A stretch of DNA of 64,000 bases from an uncultured archaeon (lineage in GTDB: Archaea > Nanobdellota > Nanobdellia > Pacearchaeales > GW2011-AR1): NCBI GenBank assembly GCA_902385625.1, contig CABMGE010000014.1, forward strand, positions 84 to 64,083. The letters are read 5' to 3'. The position numbers were made by a program, and so were the translations under genes. Positions 50,993-60,934 of the stretch are shown here, piece after piece. Below the pieces are notes generated by a model that saw only the letters and a list, made by a program, of their open reading frames with translations, ran no database searches and was not told where the DNA came from. Every line of letters begins with the position of its first letter. Within the stretch, counting starts at the first letter, position 1.

Positions 50993-53900
50993 TTTCTTCT
51001 TTTTGAATTTATAGTTTTCCTAGATTTAATATGTTTCTTTTTATTCTTAGATCTTATGTAAATGTAATAAACAGCTGCGATTATAACTATTACTTCCATA
51101 AAATTAATAATACTAAAAAATCCAAGTTGACTTCCTTCACTGCAAGCTGCAGGCAAAGGACTTCTAACAATTCCACCGCTACAAACTCCGCTCAAGCATT
51201 TTTTTCCAGTAGAGCAAGCATCATCAGGACAAGGAGTATTATCAGGTTTATTTGCAATTACGCAGTTGTTGCTTACACAATTAGGCTGTTTACAAGGGTC
51301 AGTAGTTGTAAGCCCTGAACAATCAGCAGCAGTAGTACATGCAACAAATGGACAATCAATGTCCGCAGTAGCTCCACTATGACTACAAACTCCAGGACAA
51401 CAACCATCACTAACCAGAGGATTGCAAGTATTTATGCCAATGTCTAAAGGACATGTTGAATTACTTGTTCCATCGCATATCTCTTGAACATCGCATGAGT
51501 TAACACTATCTTTAGGTCTGCAAATTGTTGTAGTTGAATTCAAATCAGCAGGACAAGCCATTGAAGCTCCGTTACAAGTTTCATTCTTTCCGCAAATAGA
51601 ATTTCCATCAGCACGGCAAACAGTAGTAGCAGGCAAAGGAACACATGCACCAGTAGAATTACACTGACTACAAGTTCCATATCTTAATGCACATTGAGGA
51701 TTGGAATTGCATTCAATAATAAGAGTGCTTAAAGTAGAACTGCTAATACTCTGAGTCCCAAATTTGGATAAACAACAGGAAGCATTAGCAACAATAGGAT
51801 CAGGAGGTAAAACTAAACTGCAGTTATTTGATTTATTAGTGAGTATATTTCCAGCAGGACAACTAAAATTAGCAGTATTACCAATCCAATTAACAAAAGT
51901 GCATCCATTTCCAGCATTGATACAGTTTATTCTAGATCCATAATTGCATTTAACATTATAAGCAGATCCTGTAGAATTAAAAGCATATGAATCAGCAGAA
52001 CTAGAAACCAAAGAAGCACAACCAACACAACTATTTGTAACAGGATCGCAGTTAGTTCCTGCTGCAATACAATCAGTTATTTTATTTTCTGTAGTTGTAT
52101 TAGTACAAGTGCTAGAACTTGTTCCAGCATTATTACATGTAAAAGTTGTATAATTTCTATATAAATTTCCATCGGTCTTACAAAATGGATTTCCGATTAA
52201 ACCATCTGTTCCACAATCAGTATTGGAATTACAACGAACACAAACTCCTAAAGAACAAATTGGTTGACTTGGAGAAGAACATGGACTACTTGCACCCCAT
52301 TCAAGACAGGAATCAGCATCATAATTACCGCAAGTTTCAACATTATTTCCACTACATCTTTTTTGCCCAGAAGTAGTACAATCATTAGTACAGCTTAAAA
52401 CGCACTGGCCATTAGCAGGATTACAATTATATCCAGGAGAACAAGTCCCACAGCCATTAGGATTTCCACAACCATCATCACCACAAACTTTTCCCTTGCA
52501 AGAAGATTCAAAAGCCTGAATTTCCATTAGATTTCTCCAATCCCACCCGCCATTAATAAATGCATAAATTTTGCTGACTCCGACAATAGGCGTAGTAAAA
52601 CTTTCATTCACCCAACTCGTGCCACTACAAGAGTAACTTGAAGTTCTTATATCAGTTCCAGCACTGTTTTGAAAATGAACAACTCCAAAATTACCCTTAC
52701 TTCCACCACAAGCAATAGAATATTTGGAAATATCATAATTTCCACCTAAATTAATAGTAGCACTTGAATCAGCTGATTGCAATGAATTCCATATTTCATC
52801 AAACAATCCATTAGTAATAAGAGAAGGACTTCCAGAACCAACAGGACTAGTTGTTACAGATTTTCCAAGAGCAATATTTCCAGAAACACAAACATTTGGA
52901 CAAGCAGGTCCACAAGGTAGCGTTCCTCCACAACCATCAGTCCAAGTTCCGCAACTTTTCCCAAGACTTGCACATGTTGCAGCATTACAACTTGGAGGAG
53001 GAGTAATAGTATCTCCACAATCATAAACACCAGGATTTGCTCCTCGATAAGGTACAGTATCAACAGCGCAAATAGTAGAAAGTTTTCCACCCCTGCAAAC
53101 AACAGCAAAATCATAATATCCAGTCATACTTCGATAATACCATGTTCCATCAAAATTAGCACCACCACGATATTTACAATAAGGAGCATCACCAGGTTCA
53201 GGAAGACTTGCAAAATCAACAGCTCCTGCAAAATTATCACAAGTATACATCCCATAATTAAGCCCTAAATTACCTGAGTATCTGGTGATATCAGCATCAA
53301 CGCAAAAACCAACCATTTTATTATTTCTGCAAACAACTGAAAAATCATTTCCACCATCCTGATCCCAAAAACCTCTTTGCCCATTAAAAAGTGAATTATC
53401 CCACTCCTTGCATAATGGAAGATTGCCTATATTTGCACCATACTCAACACCCCCATAAGTATCACAACTATGAAAATTTTTAATATCATAAGTAACATCA
53501 GTATTAACACAAAAAGTATCAAGTTTATTCCTGCATACTGCTCCAAAAAAACTATCACTAGGATCAGCAGTATAATCATTTTGATCACTATCCCCATAAT
53601 TAAACCAAGTTCCATCTACTAAATTAAAAGGAGGATTATTCCCATTAGTATTAGCTCTGCAGTAAGTTGTAATCGAAGAAGGTGATAAACTGCATTGACC
53701 TGTTGCGAAATTGCATGATTGACCTGAATCACAACCTCCTCCAACATTTCCGCAAAATCCATTGCATCCATTGCTTCCACATTGTTTGCCAGAACAGCTA
53801 GGAGCACATTGATAGTTTACAGCAAAATTATCAAAAATACCAGAACCAACACAACTACCACTTCCATAAAAAGTGATTGTAATATCTGAAGTTGAAACAG

Positions 53901-54414
53901 GTGAACTTGAACCAGCAATAGTAACCCCATCTGATTGATAAACTGTTAGAGTAGAACCAGTTCTTTTTATTCTAAATATTCCTGATGAAAAAAAGTTAGA
54001 AGAATATGATGCAACATTATTATTAATCCTTGCAATAAATGCCTCACCAGATCTTTGTGAACTATCAACATATTTTTCAATGGAAGCGCTAATTCCAGCA
54101 CCAGATACACTCATTCCAATAGAAGAACTAGATCCAGAACCACAACCTTGTCCTCCAATACTTATGCTAGAATAACTAACCTGCAAATCAAAATCACCAT
54201 TCATAACAAATTTAGAAGTGATTCCTCGAGTTATACCATCTATAGGGTGTGTTATTTTAACTCCTCCTGAAACAGAAGAAGCATCAGGGCTTACTGTCCA
54301 TAAATTAGAATCTATACCAGTGTCGAAATTATTATTAATTGTTATTGAACTAACAAAAACTACGTTAAATAAAACTAGTACTAAAAAAATACAAACACTT
54401 TTTCCTCTTTTCAT
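50989..54414 (-). CDS. Cys-rich surface protein (1141 aa): ConA-like head, 3 internal repeats, discoidin domain, Cys-rich stalk, C-terminal TM anchor
   Basis: Signal peptide MKRGKSVCIFLVLVLFNVVFVSS. Repeats ..VCRN(K/N)..(F/I)CV(N/D)(T/A)D... appear three times. C-terminal half is ~70% identical by eye to 55038-57707. Tail LGFFSIINFMEVIVIIAAVYYIYIRSKNKKKH. Confidence 0.8.
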   Translation of the reverse strand: MKRGKSVCIFLVLVLFNVVFVSSITINNNFDTGIDSNLWTVSPDASSVSGGVKITHPIDGITRGITSKFVMNGDFDLQVSYSSISIGGQGCGSGSSSSIGMSVSGAGISASIEKYVDSSQRSGEAFIARINNNVASYSSNFFSSGIFRIKRTGSTLTVYQSDGVTIAGSSSPVSTSDITITFYGSGSCVGSGIFDNFAVNYQCAPSCSGKQCGSNGCNGFCGNVGGGCDSGQSCNFATGQCSLSPSSITTYCRANTNGNNPPFNLVDGTWFNYGDSDQNDYTADPSDSFFGAVCRNKLDTFCVNTDVTYDIKNFHSCDTYGGVEYGANIGNLPLCKEWDNSLFNGQRGFWDQDGGNDFSVVCRNNKMVGFCVDADITRYSGNLGLNYGMYTCDNFAGAVDFASLPEPGDAPYCKYRGGANFDGTWYYRSMTGYYDFAVVCRGGKLSTICAVDTVPYRGANPGVYDCGDTITPPPSCNAATCASLGKSCGTWTDGCGGTLPCGPACPNVCVSGNIALGKSVTTSPVGSGSPSLITNGLFDEIWNSLQSADSSATINLGGNYDISKYSIACGGSKGNFGVVHFQNSAGTDIRTSSYSCSGTSWVNESFTTPIVGVSKIYAFINGGWDWRNLMEIQAFESSCKGKVCGDDGCGNPNGCGTCSPGYNCNPANGQCVLSCTNDCTTSGQKRCSGNNVETCGNYDADSCLEWGASSPCSSPSQPICSLGVCVRCNSNTDCGTDGLIGNPFCKTDGNLYRNYTTFTCNNAGTSSSTCTNTTTENKITDCIAAGTNCDPVTNSCVGCASLVSSSADSYAFNSTGSAYNVKCNYGSRINCINAGNGCTFVNWIGNTANFSCPAGNILTNKSNNCSLVLPPDPIVANASCCLSKFGTQSISSSTLSTLIIECNSNPQCALRYGTCSQCNSTGACVPLPATTVCRADGNSICGKNETCNGASMACPADLNSTTTICRPKDSVNSCDVQEICDGTSNSTCPLDIGINTCNPLVSDGCCPGVCSHSGATADIDCPFVACTTAADCSGLTTTDPCKQPNCVSNNCVIANKPDNTPCPDDACSTGKKCLSGVCSGGIVRSPLPAACSEGSQLGFFSIINFMEVIVIIAAVYYIYIRSKNKKKHIKSRKTINSKRRK
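52503..52900 (-). other. Discoidin / F5-F8 type C-like (galactose-binding-like) domain
   Basis: NIALGKSVTTSPVGSGSPSLITNGLFDEIW...SATINLGGNYDISKYSI...WRNLMEIQAFES. Confidence 0.6.
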
Positions 54415-54454
54415 TATTAATTAATCAAGGGTTACCTATTTAAAAGAGTTGCTA

Positions 54455-54985
54455 TTAAGGAGAATTAGTGCATATAAAATCACATGAAAGACTGCACTCA
54501 TCACAACTAGAGTAACAAACATCAATAATTTGAGAATTTTTTATAAAAACTTGCTTTCCATCAGAATCCTTAATTAAAAGAAAAACATCAAGAGAAGTAA
54601 TATCAGAAGAAGGATTTATTCCTGCAGAAAGATAATCAATATCAATTCTTTTTGTCCCGCCAGTAGAGTCTGGAAGTATTGAAGAATCATTATTAATATA
54701 AGAATAAATTTTACCATTACTATCCTTTAAAATAAACTTAATTCCAACTAAGTCCTGAGTTGGAGAAATTTCTTTAACAAAAGACCTTATATGTCGGTTG
54801 TTTCCTTCCCCACATATAATAGCTTTTGAATTAAATTCCACTAAATTATTATTTACAGAAGAGACTTTATCACTGTATAGGGTTTTAGAGATAAAATAAA
54901 TATTTCCAATTATAAATAACATTATTCCAATGCATAACAAAGAGAGAATTATAACTTCCCTTGATTTAAAATCTAGTTTAATCAT
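54455..54985 (-). CDS. Small membrane protein with a C-terminal Cys cluster (cassette partner, copy A)
   Basis: Start trimmed to MIKLDFKSREVIILSLLCIG by analogy with its paralog. C-terminus CYSSCDECSLSCDFICTNSP. Confidence 0.7.
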   Translation of the reverse strand: MIKLDFKSREVIILSLLCIGIMLFIIGNIYFISKTLYSDKVSSVNNNLVEFNSKAIICGEGNNRHIRSFVKEISPTQDLVGIKFILKDSNGKIYSYINNDSSILPDSTGGTKRIDIDYLSAGINPSSDITSLDVFLLIKDSDGKQVFIKNSQIIDVCYSSCDECSLSCDFICTNSP

Positions 54986-55037
54986 CTTATAAACTTCCAC
55001 CTCACAAAACAAGAGCATAATTGCTTTTTTAAAATTT

Positions 55038-57707
55038 TCATATTTTTTTACCTCTATATTTTCTATGTTTCTTTTTAATTCTATGGTTTAAATAAATAAA
55101 ATATATGATCATGATTACAAAAACAACTTCAATAACATTGGTTAAGCTAAAAAATCCAAGAGGAGTTCCCTGAGTGCAAGATGCAGGCAAAGGACTTCTA
55201 AGAGTTCCACCAGCACAAACACCACTTGAACAAGTTTTTCCAGTAGAACATGGATCATCTCCACATGGAATCCCGCTAAGATCAACTATACTGCAAGTTC
55301 CTGAATTACAACTAGCTTGTTTACACTTTTCTGCTACAGATGGCTGTGTACAATCAGCAGCAGTAGTACAGACAATCAAAGGACAATCAATATCGGCATT
55401 AGCACCACTATGAGTACATGATCCAGGACAACACAGATCACTAACAAATGAGTTGCATGTAGTTAAACCTAAATCAGCAGGACATGAAAAGTTACTTGTC
55501 CCGTCACATACTTCTTGAACATCACAATAATTGCCACTATCTTTAGGCCTGCAAATTTTAGTAGTTGAATTCATATCTATAGGACAAACCATTGAAGCTC
55601 CATTGCAAGTTTCATTCTTTCCGCAAATAGAATTTCCATCAGCCCTACAAACAGTTGCAGCCGGCAAAGGAACACATGCACCAGTGCTATTACACTTACT
55701 ACATCCCCCATACCTTGAAATACATTGTGAATCAAGTTGACACTCAACAATCTTAGTGCTTTCGATACTATTTGTTTGGGATGAGCAACAACGAGCATCA
55801 GAGCCAGCAAAAATAATCATATTACAAAAATTAGACTTATTAGTCAATATACTTCCAGCAGGGCAACTAAAAAATGCATCAGTTCCAACAAATCCCTGAC
55901 TAGTGCAAGCAAGACCTGCACTAATGCAATTTAATCCAGAAATACCAAAATTACATTTAACAGTATATGTTGATCCACTGCTGTTATAAGCAAAAGCATC
56001 TGCAGAATGAGAAACTAAAGAAGCACAACCAACACAACTTCCTCCAGAACAAGATTGTCCACTAGTGCAGGTTTGATTAAGTGTTAAAATTGTTGAATTT
56101 GTACAAGAACTAGAAGCAGTTCCAGGACTGTTACAAGTAAAAGTAGTATAATTTTGATAAACACTTCCACTCTGGCATATTTTGTTTCCAATCCAGCCAT
56201 TAGTTCCACATTGAGAATTACTACTACATGCAACATTAAAGCATGCTCCCCCGGAACAGACTTGTCCAGGAGTACAAGAACTAGTTATACTCCATTCAAG
56301 GCAAGAATCAGCATCATAATTACCGCAGGTTTCAATACTGTTTCCGTTACATCTTTTTGAACCTGAAACAGTGCAATCATTAGTACAACTTAAAATACAT
56401 TGACCCGTAGCAGGATTACAATCATATCCGGGAGAACAAGTTCCACAGCTTCCCCCACAACCATTATCACCACAAACTTTTCCTTTGCAAGAAGATTCAA
56501 AAGCCTGAACTTCTTGCAGATTTCTCCAATCCCCGCCGCCAGTAATTGAAACATAAATTTTATTCACCCCAAAAATAGGAGTTGTAAAACTTTCATTTAC
56601 AATATTATTATAACAAGAATAATGTGAATGACTAATCTCTGCGCCTGCACTATTTTGAAAATAAACAGTCCCAACATTTCCTCCACCCATACCCACACAA
56701 GCAATGGAATATTTAGAAATATCATAATTTGCACCCAAATTAATAGTAGCGCTTGAATCTGTTGAAGTCTCAGCACTCCACCAGGATCCAAAAAGTCCGT
56801 CTGTAATAAGTGAAGGACTGTTTTTTCCTACCGGACTAGTTGTTGCAGATTTCCCAAGAGCAATATTCCCAGAAACACAAACATTTGGACAAGCACCCCC
56901 GCAATTAATTGTTCCTCCAGAACCATCAACCCAGGTTCCACAACTTTTTCCAAGACTTGCACATGTTGCACGAATAGATCCTATGCACTTTAAAGAATCA
57001 TCACTAGGATTAATATGAGAATAAGACCATGTACCTCCAGAAGGCGTATAAATCCAACTGTTTGAACCAGTATCCCAATAAGTAACACCATATCCGTGAC
57101 ACCAAACATTAGGTTTAAAATCATAAAGAGAAGCATATCCTAGACTTTTACAAAGTTTTTGTCCTGTGACAATATCTCCTGAATATTGATTTTCACTTCC
57201 AAGATAAGGATAAAAACTGCCATAACTTGAATAAGGAACTGAAATTATATCTGCAGGATTTGTTGGATCAAGTGGAGAATAATCTCCGGGAACTCTATCA
57301 CTACAAGTAAGATCATTTAGAGTAGGATTATTTTTACAACCATCATAACCCCAATATCTCATATTGTGTCCGCTTAAAGTAATCCATGTAGAAGAAGGAA
57401 TGTCCCAATAAACAGAATCTGTATCAGCCCCCCAATTACAAACCGCCCAGGGCATATCCATACTTACTGCAAGAGGTTTTGCACCTCCAGTAAGAAGAGA
57501 ACATGCTTTTGTTGCAGTAATATAATCCCCATAAAGATACTTATTGCCATTATTAGTTATAGAAGATAATGCATTTGCAGTGTAATATAAATCATTTTCA
57601 CTAAAATATTGAGTAGCACTATTTACTTGAGGGATGAAACTAATTACAGATAAAAATATTAAAATTACAAATAACAAAGTACAAAAAAAATTTCTCCTCT
57701 TTTTCAT
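55038..57707 (-). CDS. Cys-rich surface protein (889 aa): distinct N-terminal head, discoidin domain, Cys-rich stalk, C-terminal TM anchor
   Basis: Signal peptide MKKRRNFFCTLLFVILIFLSVISFIPQVNSA. From ATCASLGKSCGTW onward it parallels the 1141-aa paralog. Tail PLGFFSLTNVIEVVFVIMIIYFIYLNHRIKKKHRK. Confidence 0.8.
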   Translation of the reverse strand: MKKRRNFFCTLLFVILIFLSVISFIPQVNSATQYFSENDLYYTANALSSITNNGNKYLYGDYITATKACSLLTGGAKPLAVSMDMPWAVCNWGADTDSVYWDIPSSTWITLSGHNMRYWGYDGCKNNPTLNDLTCSDRVPGDYSPLDPTNPADIISVPYSSYGSFYPYLGSENQYSGDIVTGQKLCKSLGYASLYDFKPNVWCHGYGVTYWDTGSNSWIYTPSGGTWSYSHINPSDDSLKCIGSIRATCASLGKSCGTWVDGSGGTINCGGACPNVCVSGNIALGKSATTSPVGKNSPSLITDGLFGSWWSAETSTDSSATINLGANYDISKYSIACVGMGGGNVGTVYFQNSAGAEISHSHYSCYNNIVNESFTTPIFGVNKIYVSITGGGDWRNLQEVQAFESSCKGKVCGDNGCGGSCGTCSPGYDCNPATGQCILSCTNDCTVSGSKRCNGNSIETCGNYDADSCLEWSITSSCTPGQVCSGGACFNVACSSNSQCGTNGWIGNKICQSGSVYQNYTTFTCNSPGTASSSCTNSTILTLNQTCTSGQSCSGGSCVGCASLVSHSADAFAYNSSGSTYTVKCNFGISGLNCISAGLACTSQGFVGTDAFFSCPAGSILTNKSNFCNMIIFAGSDARCCSSQTNSIESTKIVECQLDSQCISRYGGCSKCNSTGACVPLPAATVCRADGNSICGKNETCNGASMVCPIDMNSTTKICRPKDSGNYCDVQEVCDGTSNFSCPADLGLTTCNSFVSDLCCPGSCTHSGANADIDCPLIVCTTAADCTQPSVAEKCKQASCNSGTCSIVDLSGIPCGDDPCSTGKTCSSGVCAGGTLRSPLPASCTQGTPLGFFSLTNVIEVVFVIMIIYFIYLNHRIKKKHRKYRGKKI
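56492..56890 (-). other. Discoidin / F5-F8 type C-like domain
   Basis: NIALGKSATTSPVGKNSPSLITDGLFGSWW...SATINLGANYDISKYSI...WRNLQEVQAFES. Confidence 0.6.
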
Positions 57708-57877
57708 TATATTAAACTTTACCTCGCGAATTGAAAATCATTTAGATTTTCATATAATAATCAGTATTTTCCTATTTAAAATAGTTACCATGGATCAGGA
57801 TAGACTGTGATAAACAAAAAACATTGCAATAAAAACAGAAATAATAAAACATTAGTTAAGAGTTATTTTTCATTTTA

Positions 57878-58441
57878 CTATTCTTCATCAATAGCTTCTG
57901 CTTTTTTATCAATTACTAAAATATTTGCAATTTCTTCTGAAATATTTGCAACATCTCCTTTTTTAAATGGACCGAGCTTATTTCCATCAAGATCTAAAAA
58001 CTCCACTACATCTTCAATAAAGACAACCATCTTATTTTTTGGTTTATGTTCTTCATTATCCATCCCCTTTAGCATTTCATTAATAGTCTTATCAGATCTC
58101 TCAAGAGACTTCATTATTCCTTCAAATGCCTCCTTTTCCACAGCAAGCATATTTTCAAAGTCTCTTTTAGAAATCCCGGTCTCAGCAGCAACAAAAGCAA
58201 GTTCAAGAATCTTTTTCTTGCGTCTAAGCATTAGTTCCTTAAATATTGCAATTGAGTTTTCAAACTGTTTTTTAGTCTTCATAATAGTATCGGAGAAGTC
58301 ATCATCTTTCTTATTTGCAATCTCCTTCTTGTCTTTAAGATATGCAGCAACATCCTTGATAAAGTTTTTAGGAATTGGTTGGAGTTGCTCGCTATATCTC
58401 TCTTTTCTAAGTGCATCATAAAGTTCATTATAAGCGATCAT
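57878..58441 (-). CDS. GINS-family replication protein (Gins51-like)
   Basis: 187 aa. N-terminus YNELYDALRKERYSEQLQPIPKNFIKDVAAYLKDKKE and C-terminal beta-domain GNKLGPFKKGDVANISEEIANILV fit the archaeal GINS layout. Confidence 0.55.
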   Translation of the reverse strand: MIAYNELYDALRKERYSEQLQPIPKNFIKDVAAYLKDKKEIANKKDDDFSDTIMKTKKQFENSIAIFKELMLRRKKKILELAFVAAETGISKRDFENMLAVEKEAFEGIMKSLERSDKTINEMLKGMDNEEHKPKNKMVVFIEDVVEFLDLDGNKLGPFKKGDVANISEEIANILVIDKKAEAIDEE

Positions 58442-58508
58442 ATTTTGTATTTCTCATTATAATAAATTGATTTTGACTTAACTTTTTTAAAAAAAGTTAT
58501 TCCTTGTT

Positions 58509-58533
58509 GAAACTTTCTTAGGATAAGAAAGTT
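58509..58533. other. Perfect 11-bp hairpin (AAACTTTCTTA-GGA-TAAGAAAGTTT) between the phosphatase and GINS genes
   Basis: The arms are exact reverse complements. An A/T palindrome lies adjacent at about 58478-58498. Confidence 0.45.
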
Positions 58534-58637
58534 TGTTTTATTATAAGCTATCATTTTTTATTGCTCTTTTAGCCTAGCTATCTAAAAATAAAAACCCTTT
58601 ATAACTTTTATTGTAATATCAAGAACCACTAAAAAAA

Positions 58638-59216
58638 TTAGGCTTCAATAGTATAATGAAATATTGTATCATAATGAATTGTCCATTTAACTGCTTCATC
58701 TCCGGATTTTTTTTCAAATATTTTTCTAAATAGCCGAATCGAGTTTCCAGATGCAGAAATAGCAACATTAACCTTCTCAGATTTCACAAGTTTTCTTAAA
58801 TCAGAAACAAATGATTTAACTCGAATTTCAACATCTGCAAAAGATTCTCCCCCAGGAGGTCGGTTATTAAATCCCCTATGCCATAAATTAAATTGTTCTT
58901 CACCATATTTCTTAATTATTTCATCATGATGTTTTCCTTCAAGTTTTCCATAACTCCTTTCAATCATCCTTTTATCAGTTATTACTTTTTTACATTCAGG
59001 ATGATATCTCAAAACTTCTTTTAAGGTTTGTTTTGATCTCCCAAGTGAATTATCAAATGCAAAATCAATTTTCTTACCCTTGAGCCCTATTCCTAGAGCT
59101 TTTGCTTGACGAACTCCAAGGGGAGTTAAAGAACTATTCTTCCATCCAGTAAACATCTTATTCTTATTAAAATAAGTCTGCCCATGGCGGAATAAATAAA
59201 TATTATACTTAACCAT
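58638..59216 (-). CDS. Histidine phosphatase family protein (phosphoglycerate-mutase-like)
   Basis: IYLFRHGQTYFNKNKMFTGW (RHG motif)...GESF...SGNSIR. Confidence 0.8.
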   Translation of the reverse strand: MVKYNIYLFRHGQTYFNKNKMFTGWKNSSLTPLGVRQAKALGIGLKGKKIDFAFDNSLGRSKQTLKEVLRYHPECKKVITDKRMIERSYGKLEGKHHDEIIKKYGEEQFNLWHRGFNNRPPGGESFADVEIRVKSFVSDLRKLVKSEKVNVAISASGNSIRLFRKIFEKKSGDEAVKWTIHYDTIFHYTIEA

Positions 59217-59352
59217 TTTACCTCTTCAAAAATATAGAGTATATTAAATTTATAAAACAATCTATTACTAAAGTATAGCAAGAACCATTAATTCCAGACA
59301 AAGCAGATTATTTTAGAAAAACCCTTATAAAGACTGTTTTTCTATTATAACC

Positions 59353-60843
59353 ATGTTTGGATTCTTAAAAGACAAGCTAAAGCAATGGGTAGACAAAGCA
59401 AAAGATAAAATAGGCCCAGCTGAAAGCTCGGAAGAGGTAAAAGAAGAAATTAAAGAAGAAGTAAAAAAAGCTAAATCTGCTGTTCCTAAAAAAGCCAAAG
59501 AAGAAAAGAAAAAAGAAATAAAAGAGAAAAAAGAAAAGGAAAAACCCTCAAAAAAGAAAAAAGATTTAGAAGAGCCTTCAGTTTCAAAAGAAGAAAATGT
59601 AGAATCTCCTGAAGTCACAAATTCAGAACTTATACAGCCAGATGTAGTAAAAGAAGTAAGTAAAGAACAAGAACAAATAAGGGAAATAACAGAAGAACTG
59701 GAAAAAGAAGAAATAACTCCAAAAGAAGCTGTAGAAGAAATTCAAGAAGTTCATGAAAAAACAGAAAAAGAAATAAAAGAGAAAAAATCTCTCCTTGGAA
59801 GATTATTTGGTAAAAAAGAGAGTGTAGAGTCTTCAGTTTCAAAAGAAGAAAATATAGCACCTTTAGAAACTGTTCAAAAGCCAAAAGAAATAGTAGAGGA
59901 AGAAGAAGAAAAAGTTGAATCTTCAAAAGCAGATCTAGAGTCTGAAGAACTTGAACCTGCCACTCAAAAAAAATCTTTTTTTGAAAAAGTAAAATCCTCA
60001 TTTATATATAAAATAACAGAGGAAGACTTTGAATCATTATTTGAGGACTTGGATATGCTTCTCCTAGAAAACAATGTTGCTCTTGAAGTTGTTGAAGATA
60101 TAAAATCTAAACTATCAAAAAAATTAATTGGAAAAGAAATTAAAAAAGATGATCTTGAAAATGAAATAAAAACAGAACTAAAAAATACCTTGAATGAAAT
60201 ATTAATCGATCCTGATGATCCTGTTGAAGCAGTTAAAATGAAAAAAGATAAACCTTTTGTAATACTCTTCTTTGGAATTAACGGAACAGGAAAAACAACT
60301 TCTATTGCAAAGCTTGCATATAAATTAAAACAAAAAAACATCTCAGTTGCACTTGCAGCAGGAGATACTTTTCGGGCAGCATCAATAGAGCAAATCTCAG
60401 AACATGCAAAAAAACTTGAAGTTCCTCTAATAAAGCACGATTATGGCGCAGATCCTTCTGCAGTAGGATTTGATGCAATAAAGTATGCAAAATCCCATGG
60501 AATAGATGTTGTTTTAATTGACACTGCGGGAAGAATGCATACAAAAACAAATCTGATTTCTGAAATGGAAAAGATAGTAAGAGTAACAAACCCTGATTTA
60601 AAGATATTTGTTGCAGAGTCTATTGCAGGAAATGATGCTGTAGAACAAGCAAAAACATTCCATGAAGCAATAGAAATTGATGGTTCAATTTTATCCAAGG
60701 CAGATGTTGATGAAAAAGGCGGAACAATAATATCAGTATCTCATTCAACAAATAAGCCAATATTTTATCTTGGAACAGGCCAGGAATACAAAGATCTAAA
60801 GCTCTTCAATAAACAGGATTACATACAAAGCCTCGGCTTATAA
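59353..60843 (+). CDS. ftsY: Signal recognition particle receptor FtsY with a long Lys/Glu-rich N-terminal region
   Basis: NG domain: VILFFGINGTGKTTSIAKLA...AAGDTFRAASIEQ...LIDTAGRMH...ILSKADVDEKGG...YLGTGQEY. Confidence 0.9.
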   Translation: MFGFLKDKLKQWVDKAKDKIGPAESSEEVKEEIKEEVKKAKSAVPKKAKEEKKKEIKEKKEKEKPSKKKKDLEEPSVSKEENVESPEVTNSELIQPDVVKEVSKEQEQIREITEELEKEEITPKEAVEEIQEVHEKTEKEIKEKKSLLGRLFGKKESVESSVSKEENIAPLETVQKPKEIVEEEEEKVESSKADLESEELEPATQKKSFFEKVKSSFIYKITEEDFESLFEDLDMLLLENNVALEVVEDIKSKLSKKLIGKEIKKDDLENEIKTELKNTLNEILIDPDDPVEAVKMKKDKPFVILFFGINGTGKTTSIAKLAYKLKQKNISVALAAGDTFRAASIEQISEHAKKLEVPLIKHDYGADPSAVGFDAIKYAKSHGIDVVLIDTAGRMHTKTNLISEMEKIVRVTNPDLKIFVAESIAGNDAVEQAKTFHEAIEIDGSILSKADVDEKGGTIISVSHSTNKPIFYLGTGQEYKDLKLFNKQDYIQSLGL

Positions 60844-60934
60844 ACAATTTTTAGCTAAATTTATTTTAGATAAAAATTACAAATTTATCTAGCAAAGCGA
60901 TTTTATTATACTAAAAGTTTAGGATTATAGAAGT

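Noticed and set aside
50453-57707. Reading the large/small gene pairs as a polymorphic toxin plus immunity system.
   Set aside because: In such systems the variable toxin is C-terminal and the immunity protein is cytoplasmic. Here the C-termini are the conserved part (TM anchor) and the N-terminal heads vary. The small partner is itself a membrane protein with an apparently extracellular Cys cluster.
50989-57707. A diversity-generating retroelement (template and variable repeat pair) acting on the paralogous Cys-rich genes or on the giant-gene repeats.
   Set aside because: No reverse-transcriptase-like ORF is present in the window. The differences between the repeated segments that I compared are not confined to adenine positions.
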